This document shows, one piece after another, positions 45,492-54,500 of a stretch of DNA of 64,000 nt. The stretch is taken from assembly GCA_035249985.1 (NCBI GenBank), contig DATFFP010000051.1:4781-68780 (forward strand), in the 5' to 3' direction. Below the pieces are notes generated by a model that searched no databases, was not told where the DNA came from, and worked only from the letters and a program-made list of their open reading frames with translations. Numbering within the stretch: position 1 is the first letter of the stretch; every line of letters starts with the position of its first letter. The DNA is from Gemmatimonadaceae bacterium. GTDB lineage: Bacteria; Gemmatimonadota; Gemmatimonadetes; Gemmatimonadales; Gemmatimonadaceae. The translations under genes were made by a program, and so were the position numbers.

Positions 45492-47153
45492 ATGACCCCT
45501 TCAGAGGTGCGCATGCGGTATCGTGCGTTCGTCGCGCTCGCCACGATGGCGGCTGCGCTCGTCACCGGCGGATGGTTTCTTCAGCGCGGGCTCGATGGGA
45601 CGACGAGCGCCGTGAATGGCGCGCGCCTCTTCGATCAGGTCGTGTCGCATGTGGCCGACCGATATGTCGATTCGCTCTCGCAGGACAGCATCTACCGCGA
45701 AGCGCTGCAGGGAATGCTGCGGGAGCTGCACGACCCCTACACGGTCTTCCTGTCCGGGGATCGCCTCGCCCGTCTCAACGAGAACACGAGTGGCCGATAC
45801 GCCGGCCTCGGCGTTCAAATCGACGTGCGCGACGGGTGGATCACCGTCGTCTCACCGCTCCCCGACTCGCCTGCCGAGCGCGCTGGGATTCAGACGGGCG
45901 ACCGGATCGTCGAAATGGAAGGGCGATCGACGCAGGGATGGTCGGTCGACGAAGCCCAGCGCGAGCTTCGCGGTCCCAAGGGATCGCGCGTCAACATCAT
46001 GGTGGAGCGATCGGGCCTGGAGTCACTGCTGCCATTCCGCCTGACGAGGGCAGATATCCAGGTGCATGCCGTGCGCCGCACTGATCTGCTGCCCGGCAAC
46101 GTGGGGTATCTCGACATCGACGTGTTCAGCGAGCAGACCGCGAGGGAGCTGGAGAAGGAGATCCAGAACATGCGGAAGCGCGGGCTCCGCGCGCTCATTC
46201 TGGACTTGCGCCGGAATCCGGGAGGCCTGCTCGAGCAGGGTGTCGCCGTCTCCGACCTGTTTCTGAACCGCGGCCAGGAGATCGTCTCGATGCGCGGTCG
46301 TGCGTACGGGGCCACACGCGACTTCGCCGATGAAGGGCAGCAGCCCTGGCCCGATCTTCCGATGGTGGTGCTCGTCGATGAAGGGAGTGCGAGTGCCTCG
46401 GAGATCGTCGCCGGTGCGCTTCAGGATCACGATCGCGCCGCGATTCTCGGGGAGACGACGTTCGGCAAGGGGAGTGCGCAGTCGGTCTTCGCACTGCCCG
46501 ACGGGGGCGCCCTCAAGCTGACCACCGCGCGCTGGTTCACGCCCGTTGGGCGCAGCATCCAGAAGCCACGTCCCTCGGACGATGAGGAGGATGGCGTGGA
46601 GGCGCCGGAGGACGACGCGGCCCCGACGATCGCGGGCGAGATTCCGCTCGCCGACCGCACGGCCTATCGGACCGATGCCGGCCGCGTCATCTACGGGGGC
46701 GGTGGCATTACGCCCGACCTCTTCGTCTCGGATGATCCGGCGGAGCACGAGCTCGCGCTTCAGCGCGCGCTTGGTGATCAGGTTGGCCGGTTCCGCGATG
46801 CGCTGACGGCATATGCGCTGTCGGTCAAGACGTCGCGCGCGGTGGCATCGCCGGATTTTCGTGTCACGCCGGCGATGCTCGATGCATTCCGGCAGCTGCT
46901 CGAGAGCCGCGGCATCACGATCGCGCGCGACGACTGGGACGCAGCCAGCCCCTTCGTCACCCGCCTCCTCACCTACGAGGTCGCGCGCTACGTGTTCGGC
47001 GTGCAGGCCGAGCTCCGGCGGCGGCTCGAGGAGGATCGGGCCGTGCTCACCGCTCGCGAGTTGCTCGCGGGTGATGTAACGCAGCGCACCGTCCTCGATC
47101 GCGCAGCGGCCAAGCGAGCGGCAAAGCAGGAGGATCTGCCCGGCGCCTCATGA
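45492..47153 (+). CDS. ctpA: S41-family carboxy-terminal processing peptidase with PDZ domain
   Basis: 553 aa. TM/signal FVALATMAAALV, PDZ (GLGVQIDVRDGWITVVSPLPDSPAERAGIQTGDRIVEMEG), catalytic Ser box DEGSASASEIVAGALQD and Lys (TFGKGSAQ). Confidence 0.85.
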   Translation: MTPSEVRMRYRAFVALATMAAALVTGGWFLQRGLDGTTSAVNGARLFDQVVSHVADRYVDSLSQDSIYREALQGMLRELHDPYTVFLSGDRLARLNENTSGRYAGLGVQIDVRDGWITVVSPLPDSPAERAGIQTGDRIVEMEGRSTQGWSVDEAQRELRGPKGSRVNIMVERSGLESLLPFRLTRADIQVHAVRRTDLLPGNVGYLDIDVFSEQTARELEKEIQNMRKRGLRALILDLRRNPGGLLEQGVAVSDLFLNRGQEIVSMRGRAYGATRDFADEGQQPWPDLPMVVLVDEGSASASEIVAGALQDHDRAAILGETTFGKGSAQSVFALPDGGALKLTTARWFTPVGRSIQKPRPSDDEEDGVEAPEDDAAPTIAGEIPLADRTAYRTDAGRVIYGGGGITPDLFVSDDPAEHELALQRALGDQVGRFRDALTAYALSVKTSRAVASPDFRVTPAMLDAFRQLLESRGITIARDDWDAASPFVTRLLTYEVARYVFGVQAELRRRLEEDRAVLTARELLAGDVTQRTVLDRAAAKRAAKQEDLPGAS

Positions 47154-48028
47154 CCCGCGACCGGGTGTTCATCCTCGGCGCCGGGCGGGCAGGGCGGAGC
47201 CTCGCACGTGCCCTTCGCGCCGGCGGGGTACAGGTCACCGGGCTTCATGGCAGGCACGCTGACGTCGCTGAGGGCATCACCGCCGGCGCACCGCCCGGGT
47301 CGTTAGGCTCCGCGACGTGCGTGCTCGTGACCGTCCGGGATGCGCAGCTCGAGGGCGCCCTCGAGACGCTGACAACCGCCGCCATCGCGCCGGCTGCCAT
47401 CGTTCTGCATGCCAGCGGCAGCGTCGACCCCACGGGCCTTGGTGCGCTTCGACGCAGCGGACACCCGTGCGGCACCTTCCACCCGCTCGTCGCGCTCTCC
47501 GACCCGGAGCACGCACCGCAGACGCTCCGCGGCGCGTGGATCGGCATCGACGGCGATCCGGAAGCACGAACGCTGTCCGAGCGCCTGGCGGCCGCGGTGG
47601 CGGCGAATGTGCTCTACATCCCTCCGGGTGAGAAGGCGCGTTACCACGCCGCCGCCGTCTTCGCGTCGAACTTTCCGACCGTGCTCATGTGTCTCGCCGA
47701 GGAGCTGCTACGCGACGCGGGGATCGCTTCGGACGTCGCACGGCGAGCCCTGCATCCGCTCTTCGCCTCGGCGGTCGAGAATCTGCGGAGCGGGGCTGGC
47801 GCGAGCGCGCTCACGGGGCCGATCGTCCGCGGCGATGCCGATACGATCGCGCGGCACCTGGATGCGCTGCGCACGCATCCCGACACGCTCGATGCCTATC
47901 GAGCACTCTCGCGTGCGGCCTTGCGGTGGGTTCGGGAGGGTGGAACGTCCGACCATGGCCGGCTGGACGAGATCGAACGGCTGCTTCGTATTACTGATCG
48001 ATTACCTTCGTCCCCGACGGTGGCGTAA
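47150..48028 (+). CDS. Rossmann-fold oxidoreductase-like protein (DUF2520-type)
   Basis: 292 aa. N-terminal VFILGAGRAGRSLARAL dinucleotide-binding motif. C-terminal region with TGPIVRGD resembles DUF2520 proteins. ATGA overlap with the ctp stop. Confidence 0.55.
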   Translation: MTRDRVFILGAGRAGRSLARALRAGGVQVTGLHGRHADVAEGITAGAPPGSLGSATCVLVTVRDAQLEGALETLTTAAIAPAAIVLHASGSVDPTGLGALRRSGHPCGTFHPLVALSDPEHAPQTLRGAWIGIDGDPEARTLSERLAAAVAANVLYIPPGEKARYHAAAVFASNFPTVLMCLAEELLRDAGIASDVARRALHPLFASAVENLRSGAGASALTGPIVRGDADTIARHLDALRTHPDTLDAYRALSRAALRWVREGGTSDHGRLDEIERLLRITDRLPSSPTVA

Positions 48029-48641
48029 AACGGAAGGCCGACGCGGGGATGGTGGGATTGAGCGTCAGCCTGGTGATCGTCACCCGCCTGACGACCTCGC
48101 TCGGCTCGGTGAGCTCGAACTGACGGATCAGTGCATCCGCGCTGTCGACCCACACCACCGCCTTCGTGAAAGCCGCGTCGACTCCTGGCTTCGGCACCAG
48201 AGACAGAACGCGCGCCGCTCTTCCATTCACCTTCTCTCGTCCGAGGTCGGTCACGTTGAATCGTGACGACGGCGCATCGAGGAACTGTGCGGTGAGGTCC
48301 GGCGACCCGGCGACGCCACTGGCGATGCGCTGGCGAATCACCTGGCCGGGTATGCTGCTCGGGAGATAGAACCACACCCACGAGCCGTCGGCGACGATGC
48401 GGTCTCCCGCAGGATCGGTGAAGCGCACCGACACGTGGTTCGGGCGCCGCTGCACCATCTCGCCCGCCGAGCTCACCGTTTGCCCAAGCAGCGGATTCGT
48501 GATCGTCTGCGTGAACGACGCGCGGACCGTCTTGACGTTCTTGTACGCCCGCACCGCGCGATCGAGCACCGCCGTGGGTGATTGCGCGGCAACCGGTGCG
48601 GCAACGGTGACGAGGGCAATGGCAAGAACGCGTGCTCGCAT
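47991..48641 (-). CDS. LolA-like outer-membrane lipoprotein carrier protein
   Basis: 216 aa. Signal peptide MRARVLAIALVTVAAPVAAQ. AYKNVKTVRASFTQT...DGSWVWFYLP resembles the LolA fold signature. The 3' end overlaps the convergent CDS 47150..48028 by 38 nt. Confidence 0.65.
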   Translation of the reverse strand: MRARVLAIALVTVAAPVAAQSPTAVLDRAVRAYKNVKTVRASFTQTITNPLLGQTVSSAGEMVQRRPNHVSVRFTDPAGDRIVADGSWVWFYLPSSIPGQVIRQRIASGVAGSPDLTAQFLDAPSSRFNVTDLGREKVNGRAARVLSLVPKPGVDAAFTKAVVWVDSADALIRQFELTEPSEVVRRVTITRLTLNPTIPASAFRFTPPSGTKVIDQ

Positions 48642-48666
48642 GACGGTACTCGGTGAGGGGTGACCA

Positions 48667-48709
48667 GAGGAACGAGGAATGAGAGAGCGGATCGACTTCC
48701 TCGTTCCTC
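48667..48709. repeat. Hairpin element E11 (mini): perfect 13-bp stem made of two GAGGAAY heptads, 17-nt loop
   Basis: gaggaacgaggaa (48667-48679) pairs with ttcctcgttcctc (48697-48709). It lies in the 84-nt gap between the DAHP synthase stop (48726) and the lolA-like start (48641). Confidence 0.75.
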
Positions 48710-48725
48710 ATTTCTCGCTCTAGTT

Positions 48726-49778
48726 CTACGCCACCCCTGCCGTCGAGGTTCCCGGAACTGGCGTTATGGTGCGCCCAATGGCGGTCGCGATCGTGCGGAG
48801 CTCGCCGACCAGCTCCGCGAACTGCTCCGGGAAGAGCGACTGCGCCCCATCCGAGAGCGCGCGCTCCGGGTTGGGATGTACCTCGACGAGGATGCCATCG
48901 GCGCCAGCGGCGACCGCGGCACGCGCCATCGGGATCACCTTGTCGCGCAGCCCCGTGCCATGGCTCGGGTCGGCGAGAATCGGCAGGTGCGACAGCTTGT
49001 GCACGATGGGAATCGCCGTGAGGTCGAGCATGTTACGCGCCGCCGTATCGAAGCTCCGCACTCCGCGCTCGCACAGGATGACCTGCGCATTGCCTTCGCT
49101 CAGCACATACTCGGCGCTCAACAGGAGATCGGTGATCGTCGCCGCCAGGCCACGCTTGAGCAGGACCGGCCTGCCTAACCGTCCCACCGTGCGCAGCAGC
49201 GAATAGTTCTGCATGTTGCGCGCGCCGATCTGAATGCAGTCCGCGTACTCGGCGACGAGCTCGGCCCCTTCATCATCCATCGCTTCGGTGACGATGGCGA
49301 GGCCCGTTTCTCGTTTCGCGAGGGCGAGCATCTCGAGTCCGCGCTTGCCAAGGCCCTGAAACGAGTACGGTGAGCTGCGCGGCTTGAACGCGCCGCCGCG
49401 GAGACACGATGCTCCCGCGGCGCGGACGGCCCGCGCTGCCGCGATGATCTGCTCTTCCGACTCCACCGAGCAAGGCCCGGCGATGAGTGTGATGTCATCA
49501 CCGCCGACGTGCACCCCGGGCGCGATCGTGACGACCGTGTTGTCGGGATGCCACTCGCGCGACGCCTGCTTGTACGGCTTCGTGACGTGAATGACCTGCG
49601 CCACCCCAGGCAGCGTCTCGAATCGCGCGCCCTCGACGCGCCCGTCGTTACCGACGAGACCAACGGCCGTGCGCTGTGAGCCAGGCATCGGGCGAGCCTG
49701 GTAGCCGAGCTCCTCGATCAGCCTGACGACGCCAGCGACCTGCTCCGACGTGGCTCCGTGCTCCATCACAACGAGCAT
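48726..49778 (-). CDS. 3-deoxy-7-phosphoheptulonate (DAHP) synthase, type I-beta with N-terminal ferredoxin-like regulatory domain
   Basis: ORF 48726..49805 trimmed to MLVVMEHG (TAATG overlap with the upstream stop). N-terminal ACT/FL-like domain, then GPCSVES, LRGGAFKPRSSPYSFQG, PVLLKRG and ADPSHG motifs. Confidence 0.85.
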   Translation of the reverse strand: MLVVMEHGATSEQVAGVVRLIEELGYQARPMPGSQRTAVGLVGNDGRVEGARFETLPGVAQVIHVTKPYKQASREWHPDNTVVTIAPGVHVGGDDITLIAGPCSVESEEQIIAAARAVRAAGASCLRGGAFKPRSSPYSFQGLGKRGLEMLALAKRETGLAIVTEAMDDEGAELVAEYADCIQIGARNMQNYSLLRTVGRLGRPVLLKRGLAATITDLLLSAEYVLSEGNAQVILCERGVRSFDTAARNMLDLTAIPIVHKLSHLPILADPSHGTGLRDKVIPMARAAVAAGADGILVEVHPNPERALSDGAQSLFPEQFAELVGELRTIATAIGRTITPVPGTSTAGVA

Positions 49779-50545
49779 TACCGCTCCTCGATCTCCATGG
49801 ACCACCCGTCTTCCGCGAGCACGAGCGCCCCATCGAATCGCTCGTGAACGATGCCGCGAATGTCTACCTGCTCCACGGGCGGGTAGAAGTGCGTCAGTAC
49901 CAGCGTCCGGGGTCGTGCGACCGCCGCGAGGTCACCACATCGGCTCGGCGTGAGGTGGATGGCCATCTCCCGATCGTCCGGCAGCGAGCACTCTGCAAGG
50001 AGAAGATCGCATCCCGACGCCCACCGTCCAAGTCCCTCGTCGAATCCCGTGTCGCCGGTGTACACCACTCGTCGTCCCCCATGCACGACGTCGTACGCCA
50101 CGCTCTCCTCGGTGTGCGGGACCTTGAACGCACTCAAGCGCACGTCGCCGCCGAGCGCAACGACGGCGCCGGGTGCTGTCTCGTTGATCCGAACCGGATA
50201 CCCGGGCTCGCGCACCCACGCCCCGAACGCGTCCGCAAACCGCGTCAGGAGCGCGTCGATACCGGGCGGCCCAATGATGTCGACAGGAGCAGTGCGTGGC
50301 TGGGCCGCGCCATGCCGCCAGGCGAAGATCAGGAACGCGAGATCGCTCAGGTGGTCGGCGTGAAAGTGCGTGATCGCGACATGCGTGATCGCCATCCAGT
50401 CGACGCCCGCGCGCGCCAGCCGATGGACGACGCCACTGCCGCAGTCGAGCAGCACCGAGACCTGACCGGTTGTCACCAGATGACCCGCACACACGCGCGA
50501 CGGTGATGGCGTCACGGTCCCCGTACCGACCGTCGTGAGGCGCAT
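49778..50545 (-). CDS. MBL-fold metallo-hydrolase (RNase Z/ElaC-like)
   Basis: 255 aa. LLDCGSG, metal motif ITHFHADHLSDL, later YTGDTG and LTHF. Confidence 0.75.
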   Translation of the reverse strand: MRLTTVGTGTVTPSPSRVCAGHLVTTGQVSVLLDCGSGVVHRLARAGVDWMAITHVAITHFHADHLSDLAFLIFAWRHGAAQPRTAPVDIIGPPGIDALLTRFADAFGAWVREPGYPVRINETAPGAVVALGGDVRLSAFKVPHTEESVAYDVVHGGRRVVYTGDTGFDEGLGRWASGCDLLLAECSLPDDREMAIHLTPSRCGDLAAVARPRTLVLTHFYPPVEQVDIRGIVHERFDGALVLAEDGWSMEIEER

Positions 50546-50973
50546 TAGCGACCGAGAAAGAGCATCCGACGGACCATGTCCGCACCGTCGGCGCGCATGC
50601 GCAGGAGATAGACGCCCGGGGGAACGAAGCCGCCGTCAGCGGCGGTGCCATCCCATATGAAGCGGCCGTCGCAGCCGAAGCCGTTGGGGATGTCGCCGGT
50701 ACCCCGACCGTAACGCCCCGCGGGGAGCTGCCCAGGAGCTTGCGCCGAGGGGACGAGCGTGCGTACGACGTTGCCGCGGATGTCGAGCACCTGGAGGTGC
50801 ACGGTCGTCTCCCGCGCGAGATCGAACCACAGGCACGTGGACAGGATGCCGTCGGAGGGAAACGGATTCGGAAAATTCTGATAGAGCAGGGTCGCGCGCG
50901 GCGGCTCACTCGTCTGCGCCTGCGCGATTCCGGCACACAGGAGGAGCGCGCAGGCGGCCACCGCGCGGATCAT
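50545..50973 (-). CDS. Small secreted protein consisting essentially of an FlgD-Ig/T9SS-C-terminal-like domain
   Basis: 142 aa. Signal peptide MIRAVAACALLLCAGIAQAQ, then LLYQNFPNPF, the hallmark start of FlgD-Ig/T9SS type-A sorting-like domains, and ...GVYLLRMRADG. ATGA overlap with the smc stop. Confidence 0.55.
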   Translation of the reverse strand: MIRAVAACALLLCAGIAQAQTSEPPRATLLYQNFPNPFPSDGILSTCLWFDLARETTVHLQVLDIRGNVVRTLVPSAQAPGQLPAGRYGRGTGDIPNGFGCDGRFIWDGTAADGGFVPPGVYLLRMRADGADMVRRMLFLGR

Positions 50974-53900
50974 GCCCCTGCGCCGACGGCCGCCTCGTCC
51001 GCTTCCAGTCGTCCCTCGATGGCCTCGTCGACCGACGCCCCGCCGCGCAGCCGCACGCTCACCAGCGATGACACGCCCGGCTCCTGCATCGTAACGCCAT
51101 ACACGGCGTCCGCGGCTTCGGTCGTGGTGCGCGGATTGTGGGTGATGACGATGAACTGTGTGCTCTGCTTGAACTGGTTCAGCATGCGAACGAAACGCCC
51201 AATGTTCTGGTCATCGAGCGGCGCATCGACCTCGTCCAGCAGGCAGAAGGGGCTTGGCTTCGTGAGAAAGATGCCGAACAGCAGCGACAACGCGACCAGC
51301 GCGCGCTCGCCGCTCGACAGCAAGTGAATCCGTTGCGTGCGCTTGCCACGCGGCGAGGCGTGAATCTCGATGTCGCAGTCGAGTGGTGTCTCGGGATGCT
51401 CGAGGCGCAGATCGCATTCACCACCGCCGAACAACGTCATGAAGATCTGGCGAAAGTTCTCTCGCACCTGCGTGAACGTGGCGAGGAACAGCTCGCGCGC
51501 CGTGGAGTCGATCTCGCGAATCGCCTGTTGGAGCGAGCTCCGCGCGGCGGCGAGATCGGCGCGCTGCGTGCTGAGGAAGTCGAGTCGCTTCACTTCCTCC
51601 TCGTGCTCCTCGATCGCCAGCGGGTTCACCGGTCCCATCGCCTCGAGCTGCTCGCGAATCGCCTCGAGCTCGGCTCGCAGCCCTTGATCTTCTCCTTCCA
51701 CCGCCGTGTGCGAGGCGAGCATCTCGTCGAGCGGACGCCGCCACTCCGCCTCCAGACGCTCGCGAATGGCCGTGCGCCGACCCGACAGCTCCGTCAAGCG
51801 AAGCTCCGCGTGATGCAGCTCGTCGCCGAGCGATGTCGCGAGGCGGCGCGCGTCGTCGACCGCTCGCTCCGCCTCGTCCAGCGCCGCGTCAGCCTGGCGA
51901 ACCCCGTCCTCCGAGCGGGCGAGGCGCGCACGACCATCGGCGAATGTGGCCCGGCGCGTCTCGAGATCCGACTGCCACTCCGCCATGCGACCAGCGAGCA
52001 CGCTATCGGTCGACGTGATGTCGGTCAGCTCGGCCAGGAGTTGCCGGAGACGGGCGGTGGCGACATCCGCCTCATCGGCCAGGTGCCGCTCGCGGTCGCG
52101 CGCGACCTGAAGCCGGGCCTGCGCCTGAGCGACTTCCACCTGGCCGCGCGTGCGCGCTTCCCGCACCTCATCCTGCTCCGCTTCCAGCGCAACCAGACGC
52201 GTGCGCCACTCGGACAACGAGCCGGATGCGACATCGAGCGCGTTCGTCAGCTCTTCGAGGCGCTGATCGAGCTCTGCGGCCCGGGCCGAAAGGTCGCTTC
52301 GGCGAGACGTTAGGCGCTCGACGAGCGTATCGAGCGCCTCCAGCTCGCGGGTGGCTCGTCTGACGTCGCGCTCGGCCTCGGCGCGTCGCTCGTCGGTGCG
52401 ACGGACCTGCTGATGCGCACCCTGACTCAGGTCACCCGCTTCCGTCGTCCCGCGCTCCGCGACGTCGAGCGCAGCGCGTGCAGCGTCCGCTTCCGCGTTG
52501 GCCGCCTGACGAGCGGCGTCGCTGGCACCCAGCTCGGCACGGAGCTCGAACAGTTCCGCCCGGCGGCGCAGCGGTCCTGGGCCAGCCGTGCGGCCCGGCA
52601 GCCACACGGCGCCTCGGCTGTCGAGAAACGCCGCGCCTTCATCGATGGGGCGCACCTGTCCCAGAAGTGAGCGCACCCATGGGCGCGCGACTTCCTGAGC
52701 CTCCAGCATTCCGGCGAGGGCGTCGCTGATCTCCCAGTCGGGATCGGCGGCATCGAGGGGCAGGAGGAGCAACGGGCCGGGATTCGTCGTCGCATGCCAC
52801 GCGCGGACGCTATCCGCCGCCTCGGCATCGCGCACCAACACCGCATGCACGCTCGGCCCAAGGAAGCGCTCCACAAGGATGGCGCCCGTGGCCTCGGCGG
52901 TGATGAAATCGGACAACGGTCCGAGAATGGCGCCATCCCCAAAGCGGGCGCGCTCCTGGAGCAGCTTGGCGGCGGCTGGCGCGAGCCCAACGCGCTCGCG
53001 CTCGAGCGTCTCCAGCGCGTTGACGCGACCGAGCAGGCTCGTGTGTGCCTCCTCTGCTCTGAACAGCTCGTCGCGCGCAGCGCTCTCCCGCGCCCTCGCG
53101 TCAGTGGCCGCCGTTCTCGCGACGACGAGCGCGTCCTCGGCCATCAGCGCCGCTGTCTTCGCCTCCTCCAGATCCCGCTCGGCAAGGTCCAGACGCGCTG
53201 TCGCGAGCGACAGCGCCTCGGCCAGCGTCTCGCGCTCTTCACGGAGACCGTCGATTCGCTGCCCGAGCTCCTCGATCTCGCGCGTCGCGCCCTCCCGATC
53301 GAGCTCCAGTCGCCGCCGCTCGTCACGAAGCTCGCGCATGGCGCGCTCGGAGTCCTCTGTCGAGCGCCGCGCGTCGGCGACCTGTGTGCGGGCGGCGTCC
53401 TCCGCTTCCATGCGCTGCGCGAGCGACTCCTGCGCCGCGGCCAGCTCGGCCTCCAGCCTCGCGCGTTCCGTCGCAGCGCCTTCACGATCGGCGGCGAGGC
53501 GCGAGCCGCGCTCCTCGCCCGCCCGTCGCTCTTCTTCGGCGCGCTCGCGTCGCGCCATCGCATTGCGCTGACGCTCCTCGGCCACCGCGATCTCACTCTC
53601 GAGGCGCAGCACATCTTCCTGTTGGGCGCTGACGAGACGGGCCAGCTCTGCACGCTGTCCCTCCGCCGCCGCGCGCGCGTGATGCGCTTCTTCCCGGGCG
53701 CGTTCCGCGACGCGCATGCGTTCGTCCGAGCGCGGCACGTCCGCGCGGAGCGCGACCACGCGCTCCTCGAGCTGAACGAGCTCCTCGCTCCACGCTTCCA
53801 TGTCACGCGACACGAGCGTCAGCTCGAGCGCGAAGCGGCGCGCCGTGAGCTCCGTGTGTCGCTCGGCACGCTTGCGCTGCCGTGCGAGCGAGCGAACCTG

Positions 53901-54500
53901 ACTCTGCACCTCGTTGATGAGGTCATCGAGTCTCGAGAGATCGAGCGTCGTCTCCTCGAGGCGGCGCTCCGTGCTGCGCTTGCGGTCGCGGTAGAGACCC
54001 ACGCCGGCGGCCTCCTCGAAGAGCTCACGCCGGTCGTCGGGGCGGTCGGAGAGCAGCGCGTCGATCATCCTCGCTTCGATGACGACACCCGAATCGGCGC
54101 CGAGTCCCGTGCCACGCACGAGATCCTGAATGTCGCGGAGACGACAGGGCGCGCGATTGAGCAGGTAGTCGCTCTCGCCGCTTCTCGACAGGCGGCGAGT
54201 GATCACGACTTCCTTGAACGGCACTGGCAGTGCGCCGTCGTCATTCTCGAAGTGAAGCGACACCTCGGCAATGTTCACCGGCCGGCGCGCCGATGAGCCC
54301 TGGAAGATGACCTCTTCCATCTTCGCTCCGCGCAGCAGCCGCGCGCGCTGCTCGCCGAGGACCCAGCGAACCGCGTCGGAAACGTTCGACTTGCCGCAGC
54401 CATTCGGGCCGACGATCGCCGTGACGCCCGACTCGAAATCGAGATCGACGTGGTCGGCGAACGACTTGAATCCGTGGAGCTCGAGCTTGCGCAGTCGCAC
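50970..54500 (-). CDS. smc: Chromosome partition protein Smc
   Basis: 1176 aa. N-terminal Walker A (MRLRKLELHGFKSFAD...IVGPNGCGKSN), long coiled coils with a central hinge, C-terminal signature LSSGERALVALSLLFGIF and Walker B FCLLDEVDAPLD. Confidence 0.95.
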   Translation of the reverse strand: MRLRKLELHGFKSFADHVDLDFESGVTAIVGPNGCGKSNVSDAVRWVLGEQRARLLRGAKMEEVIFQGSSARRPVNIAEVSLHFENDDGALPVPFKEVVITRRLSRSGESDYLLNRAPCRLRDIQDLVRGTGLGADSGVVIEARMIDALLSDRPDDRRELFEEAAGVGLYRDRKRSTERRLEETTLDLSRLDDLINEVQSQVRSLARQRKRAERHTELTARRFALELTLVSRDMEAWSEELVQLEERVVALRADVPRSDERMRVAERAREEAHHARAAAEGQRAELARLVSAQQEDVLRLESEIAVAEERQRNAMARRERAEEERRAGEERGSRLAADREGAATERARLEAELAAAQESLAQRMEAEDAARTQVADARRSTEDSERAMRELRDERRRLELDREGATREIEELGQRIDGLREERETLAEALSLATARLDLAERDLEEAKTAALMAEDALVVARTAATDARARESAARDELFRAEEAHTSLLGRVNALETLERERVGLAPAAAKLLQERARFGDGAILGPLSDFITAEATGAILVERFLGPSVHAVLVRDAEAADSVRAWHATTNPGPLLLLPLDAADPDWEISDALAGMLEAQEVARPWVRSLLGQVRPIDEGAAFLDSRGAVWLPGRTAGPGPLRRRAELFELRAELGASDAARQAANAEADAARAALDVAERGTTEAGDLSQGAHQQVRRTDERRAEAERDVRRATRELEALDTLVERLTSRRSDLSARAAELDQRLEELTNALDVASGSLSEWRTRLVALEAEQDEVREARTRGQVEVAQAQARLQVARDRERHLADEADVATARLRQLLAELTDITSTDSVLAGRMAEWQSDLETRRATFADGRARLARSEDGVRQADAALDEAERAVDDARRLATSLGDELHHAELRLTELSGRRTAIRERLEAEWRRPLDEMLASHTAVEGEDQGLRAELEAIREQLEAMGPVNPLAIEEHEEEVKRLDFLSTQRADLAAARSSLQQAIREIDSTARELFLATFTQVRENFRQIFMTLFGGGECDLRLEHPETPLDCDIEIHASPRGKRTQRIHLLSSGERALVALSLLFGIFLTKPSPFCLLDEVDAPLDDQNIGRFVRMLNQFKQSTQFIVITHNPRTTTEAADAVYGVTMQEPGVSSLVSVRLRGGASVDEAIEGRLEADEAAVGAGA

